Assembly: GCF_963853765.1 (NCBI RefSeq)
Contig: NC_088859.1
Coordinates: 27,838,001 to 27,902,000, forward strand
Source of the DNA: Magallana gigas
Taxonomy: Eukaryota
Direction: 5' to 3'
DNA: 64,000 nucleotides
Made by a program: the position numbers and the translations under genes
The notes under the pieces: model-generated
What the model was told of the DNA's origin: nothing
What the model saw: only the letters and a program-made list of their open reading frames with translations
The model's database searches: none
Shown: positions 24,301 to 37,695 of the stretch, piece by piece
Layout of the letters: each line of letters starts with the position of its first letter
How positions within the stretch are numbered: position 1 is the stretch's first letter

Positions 24301-25131
24301 GATCAGAAAGCTTCTACCGTTGCGTTGTGTTTGATTCAACAGTGGTTTCATCACTATGGTGTACCGGATAGAATTCATAGCGATCAGGGAAGAAACTTCG
24401 AGTCGGATATTATTAAACAACTCTGCAAAATCTACGACATACAAAAGTCAAGAACAACAGCTTACCATCCCGAAGGCAATGGACAGACAGAACGTTTCAA
24501 CCGTACACTTCACGATTTACTCAGAACTCTACCACCACAGAAGAAGAAACTCTGGCCAGATCATTTATCTGATGTAACTTTTGCGTACAATGTGTCTCCA
24601 AATTCCAGCACTGGTTACAGTCCTTTCTATTTATTTTTCGGTCGTAAACCTAAAATTCCAGTCGATTTTATTGTGTCGTCAACAGTGTCGGATTCTGTCT
24701 CGGATAATGATGTGAATTACGATGAATTCATTCAAGAGCACAGAAATAATGCTAGTGAATTATTCCAGCATGCTAAAAGAAACCTGGAAAAAAATGCATC
24801 ACAGAGGAAAGATCGCTTCGACGCAAAAATGGTGGATCATCCGATTGGTGTGGGTGACGAAGTTTTCATAAGAAACAGAGGTTTTACAGGAAGACACAAA
24901 CTTCAAGACCTTTGGAGTACAACAAGATACCGTGTTCAAACAGCCAAAGACAGTGTGTATACAGTTGTTTCAGACACTGGACAGCAGCGTACCCTTAATA
25001 GACGTGATATCAAACGCGTACCGCCGAAATATATAAGCAGTGACAATTGCCATGCACGTGACGTTATGCCATCCTTATCTCTTCGTCGGAGTTTGCGATT
25101 ACGCGATAAACAGAAGAGTATGTGGGATTAA
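21337..25131 (+). CDS. pol: Gypsy Pol: aspartic protease, RT, RNase H, integrase (frame open from 21166; probably translated as a Gag-Pol fusion)
   Basis: LLDTGS; YPLP; MPFGLCNAPATFQRLM; FLDD; VDAS...ELLAL...TDN; HDNLGH..CERC zinc finger; D-D-E in IDF/SDQG/TERF. No stops in 1264 aa. Confidence 0.97.
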   Translation: MFGVEINCLLDTGSMVTTITESFYRNNIETLCKNIKNDVKLNLKAANGISIPYIGYIEADVECMGNVIEDRGILIIKDTEDGMTRKRKHNIPGILGMNIIGQCRDIFIQKHGNYYHEKVSEISCNSKIKSAFRVCDQENRTVFGFAKVSARHPVRVPARSVIVINATGPPIPGNYSAVAEPLSHSEHLSDSIVIVRTFVQVIKGHFYLRLANITDSDVWISPRTRIAILSKGEEVINEISDPVQFSNCGTVQEIFVQCYVTESTNERSCDPEFRIPVNLDKVDATDQEKRSIEILFHRYHDVFSKSDLDTGFTDTVKHKITLTDGVSVNLPYRRIPPTQFEEVKQHIRELLHRDIIRESTSAYASPIVIVRKKNGELRLCVDYRKLNSKTIKDAYPLPRVEESFDTLCGSRYFSTMDLTSGYNQVAVEENDKHKTAFTTPFGLYEFNTMPFGLCNAPATFQRLMQHCFRDEVFQILLVFLDDIIVFSRTVEEQIQRLEVVFQKLRQHGLKLKPSKCDFFKEEVKYLGHIVSKHGINTDPLKVQAVSDWATPSTPKQLRSFLGLASYYRRFIQSFAKVAAPLYNLIRKFPNASKKLFCEKWNSECEKSFVLLKELLTSAPILGYADYTKPFVLEVDASLNGLGAVLSQHQDGQLRVIAYASRSLRPNERNVQNYSSRRLELLALYWSITDKFRDYLVNSSFTVYTDNNPLVYLQSSKLSAYEQRWVSQLALFNFEIKYRSGKHNSNADALSRKSVSEEGILTSSTSLGNLWSSEIPKDVMCVQQRLCQESSDVICVEMQCSLRQYSQSDLKRLQSQDKDIHQFLKFWKQGVYPKKEERKNCEKAVNILLRQWNRLSMDNGILYRTVCDPVNGETKQYVLPSSLKLEILKQCHDNLGHQGIERSFSVIKDRCYWPRMFSEIKEYCKNCERCCVAKSENQQIRPAMNHLLANRPLQILAIDFTVLEPSKGKENVLVMTDVFTKFTQAVATRDQKASTVALCLIQQWFHHYGVPDRIHSDQGRNFESDIIKQLCKIYDIQKSRTTAYHPEGNGQTERFNRTLHDLLRTLPPQKKKLWPDHLSDVTFAYNVSPNSSTGYSPFYLFFGRKPKIPVDFIVSSTVSDSVSDNDVNYDEFIQEHRNNASELFQHAKRNLEKNASQRKDRFDAKMVDHPIGVGDEVFIRNRGFTGRHKLQDLWSTTRYRVQTAKDSVYTVVSDTGQQRTLNRRDIKRVPPKYISSDNCHARDVMPSLSLRRSLRLRDKQKSMWD

Positions 25132-25240
25132 GAATCATAGACTGTGAATGTGATACGTATATTGAACATTTGATTTATATATGATATTATGTTGATTAGT
25201 GTGTGTTTGAATTTTGATTTTTATCGAGACGATAAAATTC

Positions 25241-25254
25241 AAAGCAGGGGAGTA
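25241..25254 (+). other. Polypurine tract
   Basis: aaagcaggggagta directly before the 3' LTR. Confidence 0.75.
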
Positions 25255-25703
25255 TGTGGGCAGATTTAAAATTTACAATATCTAATTATTTACCAAGTTA
25301 CGCTTGTTCTTGTGCGCAGGTGGATTGAGTTGGTGAACACTTTCTTTACTTTTCTATTGGCCGTTGTTCCCATTGGATAGTATTATCGAATCAGATCATT
25401 TCTATTATTATAAATCCCGGTTACTTTTGATTTTGTTTCACTGTGGGTCCGGCGATTTTGTACACCAACACCTCGCACAAGGTATTTATTGTATTAATTT
25501 GTATAACATAACTTTTCTTAGTATCTACATAAAGTAAACTAAGATTATAATAAAGTTTAAAGCTTTATTTAAACCGTAACGAATTATTGTGTATAAATTG
25601 TATATATATTTATATGTGTTTATATTTATTTACAGAATCACCTTTTTGTACATATAAAACATCCTGAACACAGAACCGTGTCTTTATTATTTACTCGGTC
25701 ACA
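25255..25703 (+). repeat. 3' LTR
   Basis: Matches 19688-20136; followed by the ATAG TSD. Confidence 0.97.
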
Positions 25704-25810
25704 ATAGATATATGTGAAACAAAGTTCTTATAGATATAATTATGAAATACATGAGATCGAGATATCTTAAATTCATTGGCATATATTACATGTAAATGTT
25801 CTATACTTAC

Positions 25811-25917
25811 TGTTTCCTGGGATAAATATTTAACGACAAAGTATAGGTTGGAATGTCGATGAGAGAGATTTAAATGAGAACTTACGAGACTTGTTTTATA
25901 CTTCCTCGTTCTAAGAA
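25811..25917 (-). promoter_or_regulatory. Predicted core promoter and non-coding first exon of TRIM copy A (equivalents at ~41264-41370 and ~54593-54700)
   Basis: Minus strand reads TTCTTAGAA (GAS-like), GGAAGT, TATAAAA, a TCATTT initiator ~25 nt later, then an ACA|GTAAGT donor. TATA and donor are retained in all three units. Confidence 0.5.
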
Positions 25918-26179
25918 GCCATAGGTAAATCTGGCACGGATTTAATTTATTTTTAAATGACGGAGGTGGATATATAAGTACATGTAATGAAGTGGGTTTT
26001 TTTCAAGTTTAATTGTAAAATATAGCACACAAACAAAATGTACTGTCGTTTATGTTAATATAATATCAATTGTTTCTCTAAAATATCGAGTAAAACTTTA
26101 TTTTATTCTATAGAATAATATCCACATGCAAGATTTGCCTTAGGCTTTTATTTACCTGTTGTTTTTGAATCCACCATCG

Positions 26180-26336
26180 CATGCGCGGATTCGGAAAAAA
26201 ATTGCAAGGTGGGGGGAGGGGGGGGTCCCAGGGATAATTGTGTTTGACGGAGGGGGGGGGGGGGTCCGAGGCTAATTTTCGGTAAAAATATATAAATTTG
26301 AATCTTGGATCCCCACCCCCTCTAGATCCGCGTATG
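26180..26336. mobile_element. MITE (catgcgcggat family); related copies at ~41637-41717 (truncated) and ~54950-55107
   Basis: catgcgcggat ... atccgcgtatg TIRs with poly-G interior. Confidence 0.65.
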
Positions 26337-26659
26337 CATCGAACAAACAGATTTTTTTTATACATATAAAAATGATATTTAAGCATTCTAACCCAGTGTT
26401 TAAAAAATACTGTTTTGTTCTTTAAAAAAAATGTTTGTCATTCAAAATTGGTTCTTGAAAAATTTTATCTACGTTTTGTTCAGATGGCGTTCTCAGATTA
26501 ATATAATTCATTTTCAATTATTATTCAAAGTTAGAGTGATATAAATTCACTAAAGAACTGTGAACGCTAACGCCCGTATCCCGCCTACATTTTACATCCA
26601 AATATTTAGGAATTTAGGTAAAAAGTATTATCAAATCCTAATTAATCTATATCAAAATA

Positions 26660-27010
26660 AAATTTGTAGTTATTCATTAAAATTGGTCCCTATGAGTGGG
26701 GAAAATTCGTATTTGTTAATTAACTTTGAAACGTTACAAATCAAAACGCATTTTTGGAATGTATTTTGGTTTGTAGACAAACTCTTTGGTATGAATATGC
26801 TAAATTAGTTTCTATTATGAAATTTGTAGTTATTCATTAAAATTGGTCCCTATGAGTGGGGAAAATTCGTATTTGTTAATTAACTTTGAAACGTTACAAA
26901 TCAAAACGCATTTTTGGAATGTATTTTGGTTTGTAGACATATGCCCCCCCCCCCCCCCCGTGAAACAGCAAACTCTTTGGTATGAATATCTAAATTAGTT
27001 TCTATTATGA
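26660..27010. repeat. Two-copy tandem duplication, period ~160 bp, seen only in unit A
   Basis: aatttgtagttattcattaaaattggtccctatgagtgggg... at 26661 and 26821. Confidence 0.9.
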
Positions 27011-28275
27011 AATGAACTGTTTTAACCCAAAATAAAAAAGTTTTCTCTCTTTGTTTGACCAAATCATTTATACATGTATTTAATGAGAATATGCATAAAT
27101 GTTTACATTATCATAAAAAAAAATTAATTAGAGAATTATCAAAAAATGACTTTTAGTTGGGCGGATAGACAATGCTATCGTTCGCAGTCCTTATCAAGGC
27201 GAGGGTACAGAATATTTTGGCCATCATTTTTTCATCAGACGTGTTGTGTCCATGCAGTTTTCATCTTCCTCTAATATACCAATCGATGATTTTTTGGAAT
27301 ATCTCTATCTTTATAGAAACATCATATCAGCATAAATGAACATATTTATACTCTCATCTATTTCAAACGGTTTTGATTCCCAAAAATTTGATCGTTATTT
27401 TTTATTTTTAAGGATAAAATATAATTATAGGCTAATAGATAAAGTAACGTTGAAGTGAGGCACCCGGTCGGATTTTTAAAGACTTAATCATTACTAATAT
27501 TTCAATCAATTTACCGGATTTTTATAAAGAATTTTCATCCATTTTTAAAAAAAATTGTTTCAGATGATATTTTTCTAGAGTTTGAAATATAAGAAGTTTC
27601 ACTTTAACAAATCAAATGCTAATACAAATATTAGATATTTCTTCATTTATTTGTTTATTTACAGTATTGTAGGATTTCTAGAATTGTGATAGGGTCTGGC
27701 CAATGATAATTTATGACCTGGTTCATAATTTTTGCGGGGGGGGGGGTATTATTGATAATTTTTCAATGTGAGTAAATTTACTCCATTTAAATGCATATGG
27801 ATCAAATAAGTTAAATTTTTAGGGAGTCCGGCTCCCCTACACCCTCTAGATTCATGCATGTGACTTTTTTCCCCTACAAACATTATCAAAAATTTTAGAT
27901 TAACCTAAAAAAAATTGAATTTTGAAGAAGTTGCTCCTCCCCTTCATTAGAGCATGTAAAATATAAAAGGAAAGTTAACAAAATTGACGGTAAAACAGAC
28001 GTTTTACATACTTTGAAACATTCATTAGCAGTCAAGATTGGCAAATATTTATTTTCTTGAGTGTTGAGCGGGGGGGGGGGGGGCTCTCTCCCGTTCCCTG
28101 ATGCTACGTGTCTGTCATTCTAAGAGAATGCATCCCTTTAGTTAATTAAAATTGCTTGTTTGGATTTGAGGGGGTGAGAAGGATTTATTCCGGAATAAGA
28201 TTATCCATTTTTGTTCTCTTCAAACGCTCACATTTATACTGCGTGACACATTTCCTGCAGGCGGCAGAGAGGTGA

Positions 28276-30146
<1,871 letters not shown>

Positions 30147-30906
30147 GTCAGTTCTGAATGATTCTTACATAGAATGATTGTTCTTTGCTAAAATGCTATC
30201 CATAGATAATGAATCAATGAACAGATATATCTCAGATTGTGAGTTAAATAGTACATGTAGTTGCATGCTTGTTGTTTCTGAAGTAACATTTTTTATTTAC
30301 CTGCTTAGTGTATTTTATGAATGTCAAATTATGTAGAACATGCAAGAGGGTAATTGTATATTGATGAAATTCTAAAATTTAAATTAGAAGCTTTTAGAGT
30401 TAATTTCACTTTTGCCCAAAAATATTTCATTTATTGCAATGGTCTGATGATATTATGTCACAGAAAGTAATACATCTGGATGGCTTGCATATAGAGTTAT
30501 CTCTCTTTGCTCATGCTTACTGTAAAACAATATTCTGCAGCAAGGACTTTAGGAGTAATTGTGCATTTACTGCCATTTAGAACATCTAAATGTAGCTTGA
30601 TGTGGCTAAAAATGTGTAATTACTTGAAAAAAAGTAAGGAATTACCACAAGAAACATAAATAATTGTGCAATCATGGTAACAAGAGAGCCGGCAAAATGT
30701 TACTTGAAATAAAGGTTATCAAATTAAGTATTTACATGTAATTTCATAATTTCAAGCCATTTAAAGTTGAGCATGTTGCTTTATATGCAGTAAGATTTAA
30801 ATAAAAACCATGTAATGAAATATTGTTAAATCTTTTCTAGGAATTTACGCGTAACTCAAGAGATAGAATTGATAGTTGGTTTGCCAATTAGTATGTTTGC
30901 ATGTAT

Positions 30907-31102
30907 GCGTGGAACATCAGGCACGTAGCATCGTTTTTGAAAGTGGGGGGGCAAGACTCATCCAAAAAATCTTGACAAGCAAAAAAAAAAAGGGGGGGGG
31001 GGAGGGTGTAGTATATAGCTTCAATTTCAATCCTAGTTCCCTTATTTTCATATTAATTTTTTCAATGCTCCCAAAAAAGTGGGGGGGGGGGGGCCCATAG
31101 AG
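30907..31102 (+). mobile_element. Truncated MITE (caggcacgtagcatc family) at the A/B junction; near-identical copy at the B/C junction 45866-46063
   Basis: Absent from both parental sites (59782 and 12581); related longer copy inverted at ~55573-55862. Confidence 0.75.
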
Positions 31103-31780
31103 CTATAGAAGGAAAATCCTTTATGAATCATGTTGAGTAATATTTAAAAAAGAATTACGCCATCAAACTTTACGATGCATTATGCATCAGTATGCATCAG
31201 TAATTGAAATATTTCTAAAAATAATTGTATCCAAAACGTTTTTTAACAAACAAATAATTACACCCAAAGATTGTAAAGTCGGCGCTTGATCCCAAGCGCT
31301 ACCGCTGTAGAAATGCCGCGTAGTTTGGTAAACATGACAATGACTGCGAACAAATCTTATTCAACTCTGGCATACATACATGTAAGACAACAAAAAATAT
31401 CTGAATTATACGTATTGATGATGAGATTGTGTTTAGGTCCATACATTGTATCACTCCCATTTTGCCAAAATAAGTGCACAGAAGGGTTGACTAATATCAA
31501 CCCCAAAAAGTGCAAGTCATATAAATGAAAATAAGTATCCCTCTCCGCCTTGTCACATTAATTTTAGATGTTTACCATCCAGTTGTCAATCAAAGTGTCG
31601 ATCGATTTATTGTAGGAGAATACTGACGTCTTAATTTTGGAGTCATATGCTGACACGTTCTCTACACGCAAAATCTGTCATGATGAAGTTTTGTCTGTTG
31701 TTAATAAAAAATAGGCAATTTTACTCTAACTATTTAAAGCACGTGACATACACATGCTAGTATAATAAGCCTCATATGAG

Positions 31781-32271
31781 TAGGGCTGGGACGATTCTGT
31801 ACTTAGTCGATTCGGTACATATCACGATACATGAGATGCGATACGATACATATCACGATACATTGCAACTAAATGAAAACATGAATAAGGGTTAAAAATT
31901 TATTCAATCTGTGGATGTAATACCACATGTCCAAAGTTATTTTGATATATTTAAATTGAGCGTTGCACAATTTACAAATTACTTAAGTCTCATATACACT
32001 CCTTTTCATAAACAAGTATTCCAAAAGTTGTCCACACTCCAGATTTAGCTTCCTAACAGTTTTGACAACTTTACGAAGTTTTCCGCCATCTTTGTACTTT
32101 CATATTAGGCGCGCAGACTAAAAATAGCCGATATATGAAGCTCAGATATTTTTGGAAAATAAAACAAAGTTCGCTTAGGTATCGTTGTATTAATGGTAAA
32201 TGTATCGATCCAAATATCGTCAAAATAAATACCGTGATGCACCGGTGCATCGGTGGATCGTCCCATCCCTA
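31781..32271. mobile_element. hAT-type non-autonomous element (491 bp), unit B only
   Basis: TIRs tagggctgggacgat / atcgtcccatcccta; 8-bp TSD catatgag on both sides. Confidence 0.9.
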
Positions 32272-32487
32272 CATATGAGTAATCAATATCAGTTATGTGT
32301 CAAGATGGTTGAAATGCTTCAATGTCCCATTTGATAAGACAAAACTTACATGTAACCCTAGTTTTAATTAAAGTTTCAATTAAAAAAATATCTAAGAGAA
32401 ATAACGCCCGTCGAAGCATGGAGTAGTGCATTTTGGACACATCTATTTTGTAAAGGTAATTAATTGCATTTTTTTAAAATTTACCAG

Positions 32488-32760
32488 AAGGAAGAGGAAC
32501 AAGAGTCCCCAGTGCCAATAATGAAGGAAAAAGGTGACCACAAAACAGTGAAGGATAAGAAGGATCATCACCACCACCACAAGGATAAAAACACACACAT
32601 CCCGAGGATCACCACAAGGCCCCTCATCATGGCGACGGACACGGGAAAGGCGCGAATACGAGTCCCGCGCATGCGGCTTACACGGGTCGCCAGAGGACTT
32701 TCTCACACAGGGATACCTCGCATTCGATCTCTTCCAGTAAAGGCCATGCCAAGCACCCCA
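32488..32760 (+). pseudogene. Tctex1-domain gene copy B: frameshifted and truncated, Tctex1 domain lost
   Basis: +2 nt in aaaaacacacacatccc; homology to copy A ends at aagcacccca (32760). Confidence 0.9.
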
Positions 32761-33533
32761 CTATTAGGTCACATACCACTATTTTTACTCCGTGCACATT
32801 GACCAGGCAAGTAGTTCCATTCTAAAAATGTATGTATTATTTAAAAAATTCCTAGGGGTACTAAATGGTCGAATTTGGTTCCTTTTATGGCATGGATGGA
32901 AAGAAGAAGGTTTAAAAAGAAATACAGGCAGGACAAATTTTAGAAAAATTATCTTTACAGGCGCAATAGAAATGGTGTAAAGAGGCCAATGTTTACACAA
33001 ATTCCCAAGTGAAAGTGATTTTTTCATGGTAGGGGTTATTTTAGGGGCCATATCTCAGTCCCCTCTCGATTGATTTTCCTGTAGTTTGGATATGTTGTTG
33101 GACTAGTGTCATTCTATAGGTATGCTGTATTTGAACTCATCTGAGCCGGTGGAATTTTTTATATGATTTATTTTTGTATAAAGGAATAAGAGGGAAAAAT
33201 AATTGTGGTCTGTGTCCTATCAGGTCAAAGGTCAAAATCCACGTTTATCAACTTAAGTCTAATTTTTCGTTATTTTTCAAACAATTAGGATGAATAATGA
33301 CATTTTGTGGGGTTCTTTTTCAATTTTGGCAGATAATATGAAAAAATAACGGTAAAAATTGTGTGAAATGGATTTGAACGGGGTGTAAAAAGCATGGTGT
33401 CATCAATGAGTCAAACAGGGGACGTAAGTACTTGCAAAATGTCTAAAAGCACTTTCTAATGTTAACTTTACTTATCACCCAAATCATAAAAGAATTGGTC
33501 GATTTGTCATTAAGTTATAAAGCCTTAAATATA

Positions 33534-33579
<46 letters not shown>

Positions 33580-35095
33580 TAATCATATTACATGTAAAAG
33601 TATAGATATATATTTCCTTTAATATTATTTTGATTAAATTATAAGGAGGAAAGTAGGGCTTATGTTACTTTATGATTCCTATGAATGATGACATATTTCA
33701 CTGCCTAGCGGATTGCATGACAGGACATACAAGCTGGTAAAGGGGCACCTGCTGCTCCCCCCCCCCCCAGTTAACACCATTTTGACAGAGAAATAATGAA
33801 GAAAACAACAAATGGTAAGTTGATTTTATTCATTTATTCATATTTTTCTTACAATTTAACACTTGAAATCTGATGGTGAGTAGGCATCACAACATTTTCC
33901 TCAGTACTTTAGAATATGTAAACCTTCATGTATAGATATTTATATGAGACATATACATTTTACTGGTTAGAAAAAGTCATTTTAGCATCGGAATTATCAA
34001 TGCCTTGCAAACGTTTATTTAAATTACTGCTTTAAAGTCTTATTATGTCATTTTTTTCCCCTCTTTGTGTCCTAGAAATGTAACTACCAACAAATGTAGC
34101 ATGTGTATGAGTTTGGTTGCTGGCATTGAACAGTGATTGCCCAAGATATATGAGGTCTGCTAGAAACTTTACTATTTGTAATACTGTAGTAATATCTTTT
34201 TGGCACTCTCATCATTAATTTGAGTCTTGGTCATCATTGTTCATGGTAACATACCAGACATTTTCACCTCTAAATGCACAATGTATGTAGAAACCCATGA
34301 CTTTGAATGGTGAATCCTCGCTACAAAAGGTATGATCTCCTCAAGATTAATCACACCAGATAATGGTGAAAGAAGGTGATGGACTTGTAATTTCTAAAAT
34401 AGTTTCTCGTTAATGTTTGTAAAAAATCCCTACTTTGGATTTTAATGTGTAGAGTTATCTCCCTTTGTTTTATGAGTACAGTTTTCATGAACCAAGGCTC
34501 CTTATGAATTAGGGTACATTTAAGTAATTTATCCAGTGTATTTGTAATGAATGGACAAATAGAATTCATTCTTAATTCTTCTAAATTGTTAGTTTTGTTT
34601 CAAAAGGCATTTTATGCCTATCCATATCAGCCCTGTGTACTCTGATTTAATCTACTTTGGTCAGCAAGTGCCATTTCCTGAAAATGTGTGAATGGTTCTA
34701 TGTGATTATCTGCTTCATGTAAACGGATTAGCCACTGTATATTTATCAAAATACCTGATTTCTATAGCAAACTTAATGCAGAATTTTTTAAAGCTCATAG
34801 CATGTGATTAAATGTTTCATTTTTGGCATTTTCTGAAAAATTTAGCCATATTTGGGTTATTATTTTCAAATATTTCCAAAAAATAGTTCCAGGTGTAAAA
34901 GAATTAAATCATCATTAGCATCATCATGTATACATGTTAGGTTAATGAATGTAATAGATTAATGAAACTTTTGACAAGTAATAAATGTTAAATGTAGCTC
35001 TTGAAATTTGAATATTGTGTGTAAAATGCTAGATTTTGTATGTTATTTCAGCCTTCCTGGACCAGATTTCAAAAGCCTATAACTCTGATGCAGAA
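32761..35095. other. ~2.3-kb unrelated segment replacing ~0.5 kb of the cassette in unit B
   Basis: No match to units A or C; homology resumes at tttgtttgaa.ttttctataaaaa (equivalent to ~14245). Confidence 0.75.
33539..33575. repeat. (CT)n microsatellite
   Basis: Perfect dinucleotide run. Confidence 0.95.
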
Positions 35096-37695
35096 TTTGT
35101 TTGAATTTTTCTATAAAAAATGCCAAAAAGTATCTTGGTTTCGTTAAAATTATTATCATAAAAAAGGCGTGGAGATCCGAGGAGATCCGAGCTTCAGTTA
35201 AGGCAAATAACATAAAGAACACACGCACAATTCCTCACATTAAACGACGACAAATATAAAACTTAAAATTATATCTGACACTTTTATTAAAATCTCTCTA
35301 ATTTCATATGATTTTATCAATGTTCATTGTTCGTATTTCTTTTTTACCAGAAATTGTATAAAAGAAACTTTTTGTAAAACGAATAACTTGAAATATGTTG
35401 ATTCTGAATGTAAAACAAGTCTATTGTTAAGTTTAAATATAAATATATACATCTTCATGCAAACAAAATAAGATATCATGTCAAAAGGCAATGGAATAAG
35501 TGCTGCTCTTGAAAGCAAACAACAATTTTCTTGACAGAATCTTTGAACTATGGTCCATAAAAACGGGACAACATTCAATACAGGGGTTATTAAACTTTAA
35601 AAAGCAAAACAAACTTAGCACAGAAGTTTAACAAATTAACAAGTTAAGTAGTTCTAAAACACGCTTTCTACCAATTGACTTCAAAATGTTGATTTATGAC
35701 AATTTACTAGAATAAACAACAATTGATCGCAAGCACTCGTACAGTAGGCGACTTATAACTATGAAAGTATGTATGGAAACTATCCCATATTAATTTGGGG
35801 AATGGAGGGGAAAAGGGGGAGGGGCTAAACGGTCAAAAAAGACAAATTTCAAAACAAACAATTTTAGTGATAAACTACTTCTTATATCTGTGAAGCTTCA
35901 ATCTATCTTTTTTCGACTAACAAGTTCGAAAGATAATGTCATCTTTGAGTGATAAGACAGACCATCGTCTTGGGATCCAATGGCGATTTTTTTTTCGCAA
36001 ATAAACCATGTTTGCGTTTAGAACCTCGACCCCAAATGAATGATAGCACGTAGTAATATATAGGTCTTGTAATTTTTCAAACATTTTAATATTGTCAAGT
36101 AAAGCAAACACCGAAGTAATGAATAAGACAATCAAACATTGATGTGTGTAAACTTCTAGTGCGTGGGTATGGTACTTTGGTTGCAATAACATCATAACAT
36201 ACACCATAACACCTAATCTAATTAAATTGCATAACAATTACATTACATGTACAACATTTTTTACAAGAGTTGAAGCCCCCCCCCCCCTAATAAAAACAAC
36301 TAAAAACCAAAGCCGAAAAAAAGTGTCAAAATCACTGTTAATAAATCTTTTTAAAAAATCTAGCCACAAAAATGCCAGGAATTAGAAGTCTCAATGGAAG
36401 TTCTGCTTCCGGTTTTGCTTGGAATTAAAAATTGCAACAAAAACCAAAAAAACTAAATGCTCACTTTTGACAAGAAGGTGACTTTAAAGTTCAAAACTTC
36501 GATTGGAAGAAATATATCTACGATTTTATTCATGCTACATACTATTAACGTAGTACACATGGCTGTGTATTCTATTCAGCGTCTTTGGTGGAATGTAGCA
36601 TCTGCTAAATCAAGCCATGGCTATATGTATAAGAAAAGGAACATCCAAGAATACGCCAATTCAAGTCCACGCCATCTCATTGAAAAAACTGATTTTCCGC
36701 CAAATTAAGTTCACGTCAAATATATTATGTTTAACGCATTAACGCACAAATGATTCACGAATTGTTAAGACAATAGTTAAATCAGAAAAAAGTATTCAGA
36801 AAAATGCATTTTGTCTGATCTTTAAACTAAGTTTAAAAGTAATCGAATGAATACAAATCCTATGAAACTAACAATGTTTAATTTTGAGATAATATTACAC
36901 TTTTGATAATGACCTAATTAAAAAAACAGCAGAGGTTCTTTCCTCTAGTCCGGATGAACTATTCAGTTTCAGGGCTGAATGGTTGTGGTCATTTTTACGC
37001 AATATTTATCTCCTTTATGCGAAGAGCTTCATTCAAAGATATAGAACAATATTCAAATTTTATAGTCAAACTGTTTGGGTATTTTTTATTTCAGATCTGA
37101 TGGGTTATTTGTTGACCATTAACTAAATGGTTAACTTTGTAACTTACCAACAAGATGATACGTGTAGGACAGTCTTTTACAATGACCTAGGCGTTTAATT
37201 TGAAATTTGAAATTTGAACGATCAGCATATTACTTTCGTCATGAAATAAAACACTACAAACTACGATGGGTCAAAAATTCGGACGACCGAGCAAGAAAGA
37301 CTCACTGTACAATATTTACATCTATACCAAGTATAATTTCCTCTCTTTCTTGCGGAAAGTTATAGTTAATTCATAGCTGTATAGAAACAGCCAGAATGAA
37401 AAAAATTACATAACCGGCCGCTAACGCGGGTTATGTATTTTTCCTGCAATGTCGCTACCTTCATATCCCGCAGGAATGTACTTTAAAAATATATAAAAAT
37501 TAACGCCATGGCGGGCGTATTCATGAACATTGGTGGTAGCTTTCTTGTTTTCAATTTATTTAGTGTTATAGCAAATGCATTTTACTACACGCACGTTGAT
37601 ACAACATTCCCAATGATTTAGATCGAAGACAAAATAAATGTCTTATATACAAATGCTGTTGAATGACGGCTGACATAAATCTTTACGTTTAGGAT

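Larger units (their letters stand above)
19688..25703 (+). mobile_element. Full-length Ty3/Gypsy LTR retrotransposon (6016 bp)
   Basis: 449-bp TG...CA LTRs (19688-20136, 25255-25703), ATAG target-site duplication, PBS, PPT, gag and pol in PR-RT-RH-IN order; empty site at ~54485-54495. Confidence 0.98.

Noticed and set aside
19688-25703. Endogenous retrovirus or Steamer-type element
   Set aside because: No env ORF (only ~120 nt between pol and the 3' LTR); gag and pol are in separate frames, unlike the single-ORF Steamer organisation.
26660-27010. CRISPR-like or satellite array (also 60422-60657)
   Set aside because: Only two full-length copies with no unique spacers; eukaryotic context.
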